A stretch of DNA of 64,000 bases from Haliotis cracherodii (Eukaryota), in NCBI RefSeq assembly GCF_022045235.1, contig NW_027266267.1:35154001-35218000 (forward strand), given 5' to 3'. Of the stretch, positions 39,639 through 51,600 are shown piece after piece. The translations under genes and the position numbers were made by a program. The notes under the pieces were generated by a model, which was not told the DNA's origin, searched no databases, and worked only from the letters and a program-made list of their open reading frames with translations. The stretch's first letter is position 1; each line of letters starts with the position of its first letter.

Positions 39639-40623
39639 GTTGCCAACACATTGAATACACTCTCGTGAATGCCCCTTGAAGGCTGCTAAAATACTGTAAA
39701 ACCAATCACTACGAACCATGCCCTACACTGAGCCGCATACAGTGTGGCTGTGCAGTCACCAACCACTCTCAGGGAAATGTTATTTCCTGGTTTACATAGA
39801 GTCGGAATCAAGATTTTTTTTATGAATATGAGAGTGTTTTCGCTGCTTTTATGTAGATAATGATGAATGCATACCCGTTACTATGGATAAAACGGAACTG
39901 GTCGCTGTTAAATTCAACTGGCCTGTGACTGTACATTTGCCGTTTAAAAAATACATTTTGTTTGCCAAGAAATAATAACTTTCGCAGAAGAACTATGTTT
40001 AGATAGTCGCGCGTTGAGTCCTTTTGGTGGTATTGACACTTGTTAATTTACGTTTTACTGTCGGATCGTGACACGCAGCCTCGGGTAACCTGCCAATGTA
40101 TCATATGTGTGCGAGGCAGGCTACAATAGGTTCGTTATCACAACCTATTAAAACTGCCCTAGCCAAATATAACTTAGCGGATTCTTACAAAAGTTTGCAC
40201 ATTGGCATTGTTCATACCTCAATGAACCGAAAAAATACACAGTCAATGCTTATATTTAAATTCAATAACAAAAACATGTCTTATCTACAATATTTTAACC
40301 AAAAACAGTTGTATATATCAAATCGGACAAAAATGATGAGATTGATAAACATTCCGGGTGTAGGAATACATACTGTGGCGTGACATGAATCTGGTGACTG
40401 TTTTGTTACGCACATAATTTGACACGCCTACAAAGTCAGTAGCCAATCAACTTAGAGTATGATAAAAACAAAGTTCATGGGACCTGTCAATCAACGCAAG
40501 AGGCGAGAAGAAATGCAATAGTCAGACTGTAACGAACCGGAACAAATATGTTCGGGAGAAGGCGGCTGTTTCAAATGACATGGTCATACCGCCAGATTCA
40601 AACATTATTACTCTCAGAAGGGA

Positions 40624-40790
40624 GTGAGTGAGTGAATACGGTTTTACGCCGCTTTTAGCAATATTCCAGCAATATCACGGCGGGGGACACCAGAAATGGG
40701 CTTCACACATTGTACCCATGTTGGGAATCGAACCCGGGTCTTCGGCGTGACGAGCGAAAGCTTTAACCAGTAGGCTACCCGACTGCCCCT
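40624..40790 (-). mobile_element. SINE family 1
   Basis: TSD-like CTCAGAAGGGA flanks; empty site at ~25330. Confidence 0.85.
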
Positions 40791-40993
40791 CCCTCAGAAG
40801 GGAAGCCACATTTGGAAAAAATACTGATTAGAAATGAACCCAGAAGACATGAGCGGGAGAAAACAGGCGAGCGATCCTATACGTTTGCTGTTTCATTCTC
40901 TCTAGGCCTTCGGTCCCAAAGAGATGTTTGGACAATGAATATGCAAGCATTTCGCTTAATGACCTGTGCATGACAATGACGAATACGCAGAGA

Positions 40994-41027
40994 GGAAATT
41001 CCCCTGATTGTAATATTGGGATTCCCC
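40994..41027. promoter_or_regulatory. Paired NF-kB/Rel consensus sites
   Basis: GGAAATTCCC (reverse complement GGGAATTTCC) and GGGATTCCCC, same 24-bp offset. Confidence 0.5.
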
Positions 41028-43680
41028 GACATTCCCTAGTAATAAAAGTAGTCCGCCTCGGTGGGCTTGGCTTAAGTTTTTACATTCATTGGGAAATGAA
41101 TGCAATGACACGTGACCTATTCAGCTAATCTGAATGCAAGAATTTCAATAAACACAACGACAATTTAATTCAGTAATACCACAAGAATTTATTAATGTGA
41201 AGAATATGTAAACCTGAATGGATATAATAGGATAGATGATCTTTTAATTGAAGTTAGACTTGATACTCCATAGGATTACAGAACTAGTGTAAGACAACTA
41301 AATATACACACACGCAAGCGTTGACATAGATGTTTTTTCACAAATCTAAATACTATGTTAGAAACAGCTGGGTACTCCTTCTGTGTAATCAATAAAACAT
41401 ACAGCAAAATATCTACCCTTTTTTGTCTATCTTTGTTGTCATACCAGTTCGATCTCTCTAGCTGGATATATAAACACACATAATGTTTCCCTTCTGAAAG
41501 CAAATATACTTATATCAAACATAATAGTAATAGCATCTTCTCCATTTCGAACATCAATAACATAAATAACTTACCGGTGAATATTTTATCAAAACCAGTA
41601 CTAGTATTCCTCTCGAATACCTCCCGAACTAGTCTATCGACTATATTTCATATAAAGCAACATTGTCATGTTGAGATACAAAAGAAACAAAGCCAATATA
41701 TATCGGACTGTTTGTAGGTTAAACCTTCTATGTTCCATGTAATGTAAAAGATGCATTTGCGTGTTAAAAGCCCTGGGCATCACGTTATTTCCCTGAGACT
41801 GTCTTACGTTCGACCTTGACCGCAGCATTCGCTCCTGATCCGCAGCTGACGATGTTCCTCTTGAGTTGCGATCTGCGACTGGAGCCGACAACTGATAATC
41901 ATACCTTCCAGAGTAGTAGCAGGCATGTCCTCAATAAGGAGCCTGCCATTCTTATAATAACCCCTCTTGTTCTCAGATCTGAACAAAATCAGTTTCTCAC
42001 GCTGTCGCTTTTTACGAATAATTACAACAAACCAAAATCAATCCAATGTGTGAAAAAAGCAAAAATTAGACTATGTTTCCAATCAAATATTTTACAATAA
42101 GGTGCGATATGTATGATATTATTATTTTTTACGTTAAGGATTGCAGGTTGTTACTCTTAATGTTGTTGTTTTTTACATTAAGAGTTAACACATAACCCTT
42201 AATGTAATATGTTTTACATTAAAAGTATTATTTACATTAAGGGTTGCGGGTTGTTACTCTTATTGTTTTATTTTTACATTAAGAGTTAACACATACCCTC
42301 AATGTTAAATGTTTTACATTTAGAGTATAATTTTACATCAAGGGTTGTAACACTGTTATAGAAAGTCCGAACTTCTTTAACAAATTCAGGCGACAATGGC
42401 CCATTGTTTTCCTGAAGAAAAGATGGTAAGGTTGCTGACGATGACAGAAACCCGGGCACACATGCACACATGCCAGCAGATTTGATTTTCTTTCAGGTGA
42501 GCTCCAGATTAGTGTGCGTGTGCGTGTGCGTTCGGGAGTGCGTGTGCGTGTGCGCGTGTGTGTTGGGGTGCATGGTTATGTGCATGTGCGTTCGGGAGTG
42601 CGTGTGCATATGCATGTGCTAGTCAGAACTTTTACATGTTTTAAGGTGCTGGCCTACTGTCATATCATGCCTCAACCTGGGTCTTCGGCGTTACGACCAC
42701 ATGGCTACCCACCGCTCCGATTCAGAAAACAGATACTCTTGGACCCATAGTTCAAGAGCTTACATGATGGTAGTTTGCTCTTATAAATTTGCACAGTTTA
42801 TCTGAACATGAAAACATCTAATATAAGCATATAAACATTTAACATGTGTGTTTGTGAAAGACATGACAAGGGCGCAACAAAGCGATATGATACCACAACG
42901 GGCACAATAATATAGAATCAATGTGGAATCATTGTCGTTATACAACTTTGAAATGACATTGATATTTGGTGGGATTTGAAAGTTGAAATGAAGTCGAAAT
43001 GTCGACATGGAATCAACTTCAGACATTAATGTTGAAACAATGTTTGTTATGGTATTGGTTGAATATTGGTTCCAATGATCCATAATTATCTAAAGCACTA
43101 TATTTACAGATCAAAGAAATTCCCAAATGCTTCTCCGTTGTAATGCTAACATTTAGGATGCTTTCAGTTCTTTGACTCTATACTTGCAGGATAAGCCTTT
43201 TTTGTCTAACAACAGGTAGAATGAAAACGTTGTTTTTTTCTCAAAACACTTCCCCATGTATGCTGTCCTAGCTTTGGATCCTGGCAATCTATAGCACATT
43301 TTTATCTTTTGTTGTTAAGTGATTATTTACTCTTTAAAATGATCCCAAATTGTTTTTTTTAATTACATATATTATACAATGATAGCTAACGTGCTTTCTA
43401 TCGCTATTAGGGTATAATATATTTTTAATGTGTAACATTTTTCTCGTCACAATATGGCTGAAATACTGCCGTTGTGGCTATGAAGGTTAACTGACTTAAT
43501 CACTCAAACACAACATGCCCACTCAACCAAACTCACTCACTGCAGAGCAATGAAGGCATCAGGTCGAAAACGGAAGGCACATTCATATGACACGAAGTCC
43601 GTGACATAACTTTTCTGATGTATATATAATTTTATTTATTGTATTGTAGAAGTTTTCATCCAAATAAAATCTTCTGCTTC

Positions 43681-44250
43681 TGAACAATATTGCGTTATAC
43701 CGAACAACACTGAAGAATGTTCATCAATAGTGGGTAACACTGAGTAATACTGAACAATACTGCGTTATACCGAACAAACTGAACAATGTTGATCAATAGT
43801 GGGTAACACTGAGTAATACTGAACAATACTGAGTTACACCGAACAGCACTGAACAATGTTGATCAATAGTGGGTAACACTGAGTAATACTGAACAATACT
43901 GCGTTATACCGAACAAACTGAACAATGTTGATCAATAGTGGGTAACACTGAGTAATACTGAACAATACTGAGTTACACCGAACAACACTGAACAATGTTG
44001 ATCAATAGTGGGTAACACTGAGTAATACTGAACAATACTGCGTTATACCGAACAACAATGAACAATGTTGATCAAGGTGGGTAACACTGATTAATACTGA
44101 ACAATACGGCGTTATACCGAACAATACTGAACGATGTTGATCAAAAGTGGGTAACACGGAGTAATACTGAACAATACTGAGTTATACCGAACAATAGTGA
44201 ACAATGTTGATCAATAGTGGGTAACACTGAGTAATACTGAACAATACTGA
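43681..44250. repeat. 70-bp minisatellite, ~8 copies
   Basis: Same unit as 28069-28638. Confidence 0.92.
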
Positions 44251-46158
44251 TATGTTTATTTGTTTGTTTAATTGCTAATATTCCAGCTGTATGAAGATGG
44301 CCTGTCAATAATCGCGACTTGGTTGACGTTTGTCATCGTATTCCAATTTCGTAAATCGATGCTCATGATTTCAATCACTGGATTGTCATGTCCATACTCA
44401 ATTATTTACAGACCACCGTCATCTAGCTGGAACATAGTGCGGCGTTAAAAAACACACAAACAAACACCAAATAATTTAAAAAAACTAATTGAAAAGGAGA
44501 TCGGATGGACCGTAACCTGGCAGGTTGTGTGTTGTTCCCGGTGACTTGGGACTTTGAGCATGGTATCAACCACTGTTTCCTTTTCCTTTTCCCACCCTCT
44601 GACTGGTGTAATGCAACAGACAAAACATTCAACGTTTGTACTGTCGGGTTGCTGCAGGCCGAGCGTACAGTCATATTTCCTCGAGCTTATGTTCTCATCG
44701 TACAAATGCGATCGTTTATTGATATATTCATAATGTGGAATTTGTTGTTTAGACGGTTTGGCAATTCACGTATGTTATATAGGCGTGATGAATAGCACGC
44801 TTAATAGAGTAAAATATATATCACCAGGATCTGCTTGGCTTGATTTCATTGATTAGGAACCTTGGGTTCTTACTTAGCACGGTGAACTTGTTTGGGGATT
44901 CAGTTACTTTGTGGAGGGTCACTTAAACGTTGGTGGAAAGTCGGAACTTACGCATGTGAAGTTTGACTATTCTTACGAGCATTGAATATTAGGTTGGAGA
45001 GTAAAAGAACACAGTTATTCAGGTGAGGCATATTTATTTGATGCCGAAAGCAGATAAGGAAGTAAAAGCCACATGTTAAAACAAAACTTGATCAACAGGT
45101 TTGACAACATAAAAACGACTGTCCTACTGACCTATGTGTGGAAACGTAAATGATTGAACAATAGGAAATTGGAAAAAATAAGGTCAAAATCAAATAAGTG
45201 TAATTTCTGCACACATAAAACATTGAAAACATGACACAGGGGAGCATGCAGTACATTTATAACTGATTGCATAAACATCAGCAGCAAGAATCATTTTGTA
45301 AAAACTACAAAAAGAATTCCCAGTATGCAGTATGCTGTGTTTTACCTAGGTACCTGTATACACGAGCCTACACTCAGTTCGATATGAACATGATCAAATG
45401 GAGTTCAGATATGTTTCATAAAAACCAACATTTTGTTATATTCAAATCCGTTAGGTCTGGCATATATTCGCTTGAATTGAATGTTTCTGTAGCAGGCACA
45501 ATTATCCTTTGCTGAGGTACTTTGTATGACGAATCCTTAAATGCGAAGTATATAACTTGCTGATAAGCAATACAATGTTACACAACACACGAATAAGATA
45601 ATGTTGATTTGAGTTCCCCGAGGTACGCGGTGGAGGAAAACCACTTTGAAACCGTTTCACATCCCTGTTGCAGTATTTTCCTGCCATACATGAATCACCT
45701 GCCCCACTGAAATTTTTGAAATATTCTATCACGATTTTCCTGGTATATTCATCTTCGGTTTTCACAAATATTTTAACTGATCACTATTTTCCGCTAGTTA
45801 GACATTCGTGATACGATTGAAAACAACAACATATAATGTAGCTAAATATGTAGAATGACGTTTTTCAAACAGGCCTATGCGATACGCCCGGAGTTGGAAC
45901 ATCCAAAATAAATATTTGTTGCATTGAAATAAGTATGAATGTCAAAAGCATGACAACCAATACGACCAATAACACAGCAGAGAAATGTCCTTGCAAAAAG
46001 CTTGAACAATATTGAAGTTTGAAAAATGTGAAAAAAATAAACGCACAAATATTCGTCAAATGTGTTATAGATACTAGTGTCCAAAAGAAAGTATATACAA
46101 GCTAACAAGTTTTTAACTATTTTGATCACTTGAAAAAATCAATGTAAATTAAGACTTT

Positions 46159-46190
<32 letters not shown>

Positions 46191-48660
46191 TTATTGTATT
46201 CTGGCCATAGGCCCATATACATACAATAATATTATATATATACAATTTTGTAGATGTACAAGTATAAACATGCAGATTTATATGCACGGAGATGTGCACA
46301 TGCACAATTTTTTATGAAAAATAAATCGCATCACAACACAACAAGAAGAGATTAAAGCATTTGATTAATAAAGGCAAATAACCTCAAGAATAATTAAACA
46401 TCATTTGTACAAAGACGGTTGCAAAGTCGTAAACCATAATTAATGTATAGAATAGTATTCTTTTGTTGCTCGTTAGATTTTTCATCAAAACGGAGGAGCT
46501 TAATTAGTGTCTTAAATATGTCGCACGAAGACAACCAAATGTATTTTGTGACAAAAAGTAGAAGAAATGACATCTTTTGTAAAAATCGTGTATTTTGCCA
46601 AAACGACTTTGGCTATGAAGAGCGAAATGCATGTGCAAAAGTGCTGTATAAAACTGAGAATACGGTACGTTATGGAGACATCAACCAAAAGCACGTTTTA
46701 CATCTATACAGAGGGAGAGAGACGTTGGTTGGCGCAACAAGGAGCCACTCACGCCACCCACGCCACCATGTCGAACAAGTGCTGTGACAGTGATATTGTG
46801 AAACGTGTCATTGTTGACCACCATGTGTCTTTGTGTTTCAGTCGATCGTAAAGTGCTTGTTTGAATAACATGAGCAGTTATGCACAGGGTGTTAAAACTA
46901 AGCTCTCTCTCTCTATATATTGACTTTCTACATGCTTTTTTTTATTTCAAAGTCTTTCAAAATCTTGTTATACTTTCTTTTGGGCATTAATTGAAATAAC
47001 ACATCTTCTTACATACTTAATAACGGCTGCTGAAAGTGGTTGATATTGATTGAGTTATATTTACCAACAATGTGTAATTAATTATGTTGGGGGCACGGGT
47101 GGCCCAGTCGTCTATGGCGCCGCAATTCGCTGTGCAGAGTTTTAGTCCCTTGGGCGAGCCAGAAACCAAAGTGGTAAACGTCTAAGGCATGCCCCACTTC
47201 GAGATTTTCTCCCACATTAAGCTGACATGTCGTGATATAACTGGAATACTGTTAAAAGCGGTGTAAAACCCAACTCACTCACTCACTCACTAATTAATTA
47301 TATACTAGTATTACATCCTGTTATAAACAGAGACGGGACTAAGATTCTATGTACCATCTATAATATTAACCCTAACTTTCACTCAGTAATAACCAATGTC
47401 TTGAGTGTAAGAATTACAGCTTTCGAGCTACAATGGCAGATAAAATTTATCAGTGATGTCATTTGATTGTGACATCAGGGCAATGGTCTGCAAAGATTTT
47501 GAGGCAGGTGCGTTGAAGTGATGTTAGGTTTAGATGAAAATCCCAGCTTTACTGATGCATGTCATATATGTTTAGTGGAAACAATGACATAAATATATGT
47601 TGCAATTGAAATAAGTATAGATGCTAACAGAATTATATGATAATAACCTAAAACATATATGTGTCCATCAAAACAAATATTAAAGTTTGAACAATTTAAA
47701 ACCACATAAAACCACAGTGTTAAACTACTTAACACATACAGAGGAGAGTGTTAGTTTTCTCAGTTTAAGAAGCAATCTTACATATGAAAAAAGGTATCTC
47801 ATGACTTTCTCATATGTATGACACATATAAAACAGTTACACGATAGTATAAACATAACGGTTTTGAACAGCTCACGATGTGAGCTAACACCAGAGCGTTT
47901 ACTCTGGACTCAGTACTGATAATGCTTTTTTCTTCTTTAATGTGACATTTAACAGTAACAATAGTCCTAAAATATATGTACAGATGGGCAATTCCAAAGT
48001 AACTACATGATAATGTTGTTTTTCAAACTGTTCAAACAGTTCTCGTATTGACCATATTTCAGGCATGGATTGCTTACATCTGCATATCGTCATTGTATTT
48101 GTCATGGCAATTGAAATCAGTCGACCGCGATGTAAATTATAGTGTATTTGTATTCCATTGTTTTAAAATCATTTTCATGAGACGGCTGTGTCAAAATCAA
48201 AACTGAACGTTTTCAGTATTTTCCTAACCGCCATCAGTCATTGAGGCCATGACAACCGATAGTATATCTGAATTACATTGTTGATCAGTACAGTACACTG
48301 CGGTTATGACGAACTCAAAGGGACCTCTAATTTTAGTTCGTTATAACCACATTTCGTTATAAGTATATATGCGGCAACTGGCTGGGGTCCAAAAGGAATA
48401 AGTTTTATCTGTTAGTTCGTTATTAATTAGCATGTTCGTTATAAAGGTAGTTTACTGTACATTTATATCAACTTACCCTATTTACATTGAAATAATGTTT
48501 AAGTTCAACGCAGACCTAATCACAGTAGAGAGAGCTGTACACAACAAGGAGAACACCCAGAGGAGCAGAGCCCCTTTTGAATTTGTCTGTCGAACACACA
48601 TGAGCGTTGTGTCGCCTAGAACATCGGCTGCACCGAATTAGCTGACGTCGCTTCCTCTAT

Positions 48661-51600
48661 TTAGACTTCACTATACTCATTGTCGGCTTCGGACCAAGTA
48701 CTATCTGCAACAACCAATGCGTTTATGTCATCCACACATATTTCATCCAAATATCAACGTTGTCTTTCTGTCATAAATCCCTCAAGGGATGTTACATTTT
48801 GTAGGTAAGTTGTTTTACGCCTCAGTTAAATATTCCTGATGACATCCTTTAAATAGTCGAGTCTGGAGTAGACAAACCGACGGTTACTGTTATGGTAAAT
48901 GTTCCACATCGTTGGGCAAAGATGACACACTATGTACCAAGTTTGTTTGTTTGCTGTTTACGGTTTAACCGCGAATATTACAGCTTTTTGATGGGGTCTG
49001 TAAATCATCGATTATGGACCAGACAACACAGTGACTGATATCATGAGCATCTAAAACATTCGGATCCAATGACATGCATCGACCAAGTCACCGATTCTAA
49101 CCACCCGATGCCGTTAGTTGACTAATCAACCACGTCACCGAGCCAGACCAACCGACCCATTTAGAGCCTCTTACGACAAACATGGATAAGGAGACATATT
49201 CTAACTCCTAGTCCGGTCAATCGCACTTCCGTGTATACTTACATGTTCCGTTCTTTGTTTTTTCATGGACATGTCCGGTACGGCATACAGATCACCAATG
49301 TTCACAGCACTGCCTACAGCTGACTGGTGTTTGGGTGTCGTGCCCGGGACGCCGTACTTGTCACCATCATTGACAGCACAACGTACAGCTAGCTTGTGTT
49401 TGGGTGTCTTGTCTGGTACGGCATACAGATCACCAACGTCGACAGCGCCGCCAAGAGCAGGTATGTGTTCGGGTGTATTGTCTGGTACGGCAGTTGAATA
49501 TAGAATTATGGTGTTCATATTTCAACAAGTCACACCATATTATTCTCCCTAGATATTCTTCCTGAAATTATTAAGCTTAATTTAGAAGGCAACACTCAAA
49601 CTATAATCACAATACAATAGTCAGATATGTGATGAAGTGAAGAACACCACAACAGAAAAGACTTACAAGTGAAGAGCACCTTGTTGTCAACAGGTTCAAC
49701 TTGGTATCTGAAAAGAAATATCATATTGTTTTTAAGTTATTGCTCGTTTCAAACCTGGGAAAAATTTGCAGGAATAAGATTCAACATTTTCATGAATGAT
49801 ATTATTTTTTTTTCACATTTGAGGCGTTACCATTGATCTGTCAACTTGTGTCATCGTATCCCAAAAGGTGATGGGCGTTACCCACATTATCATTGGTTGG
49901 TTGGTGTGTTGTTTAACGCCACACTAAGCAATATATGACAAAGCTATATGACGGCGGTCTGTAAATAATTCAGTATGGACCAGACAAGCCAGTGCTGAAT
50001 ATCATCAGCATCGATCCGATCAATTGGGATCGATGATATGCACCAACCAAGCGTGACGATCCGATCCCGCTAGTCGCCTCTTACGACAAGCATGGCCGCC
50101 TTTACGCAGCATCAAGATCTAATGTGTCTATTTATAGTCCATTGTCCTCCAACAACATGCAACCAACGATCACGCTTATTAATACAATACAAATTTGAAA
50201 ATATTTTAGAACTACCTGCGGATACAAAAATGTGCGTTTTTAAAAAAAAAGAGTTGCATTATCATTATAAAAGAACAATTGTGAAGAAAATATTTGAACG
50301 ATGAACTACCCGTGATAAGGGTTGATGATGCGACCGTCGTTGTGTGTGTTAATTACATTAATGAATACATTTAAATGAAGGCGACAAGGTCACCCACATC
50401 TATGGAGAGTTTTGTGATGATAACAATTAATTAACGTATTATGTACTACATAAATGCGACAAAACCCTTTCCATATCTCCGCGAAAAACACAGTCGATTG
50501 TTCGATTCGGACTATATCATGAGCATGTGTTTATGAATCACTATTAAATAGTGATGATACCAGGTGTTCGCCCCATCAGCGACACCCGTCAAAAACACAT
50601 GCAAACACAAGTCAAATAATCACATGAAAAAAACCTACAAGTCTGAATAGGGACTGGAGCCTCAATGTTCCCAACGTGTCTACAGTGAACCTTTTTAAAG
50701 CTTTTCTGAGGCCAGGAATGTTTCCTCGAATGTTGTAACCTTGATCAAACAGCTTCTTAGCAAGTAATGTATTACGCTCTTTTTGAAATATTGATTGAAA
50801 GTGCATGCTCGAATGTTCTTCAAAAGTTGTGAAATGTAGACAGCAATAGCTGTACCTACTGGAATACTGCTTGACATAAAGGGAAAGTTGACTGTTGGAA
50901 AGTTGACGTCATCCCACTTGTCATGCAGTCTAGTGCTTTATCCCTCTGAATCTTTGTGCATAGTTCTACATAAGAAACAGACGAAGCGGTTTCATTTGTC
51001 TTCTTTATTTCTAGTTCAGGTGGGTAAATCAGTCTATTTGGTGGTTATTGAACGATTTCCGATACCTATGACAACAATATACCTATGACGACTCATACGG
51101 GCATTGAGGTGAGGTGAGGTGAGGTGAGGTGAGGTGAGGTGAGGTGAGGTGAGGTGAGGTGAAATCGGGTTTAACGTCCAAGATTTTTGCACTTACATAG
51201 CCACGCTCTACCACTAGACCACGGAGGCGGTCCCGGGCATTGAGCGATGAAATTCAAAGGTGGTATACAGTGGAAATACTTGACACTCTACTCACGTAAC
51301 ATAAAGTGGGTTTTCTGAGACCTCTGCACCATTGTCTGCATCGCTGATAGCTGTAAACAGACATGACGACCAATACCTTTGTTCATTTATCATATTTCTG
51401 TTATTATTACTCTTGTGATATGTGCATGTATATTCAAATAAGCTATTTTATCACAAGGAGGGGTAAGGAAATGATTTGACGGATGAGAGCTGTATGTTAT
51501 TAATTTTTATGAAACTGGTAGTTAATCTGTACATCTGAAATGTTTTATAACGCTGTCATGAATGTTCCAGTTTGATCTTCAAATCACTTAACATCAAATT

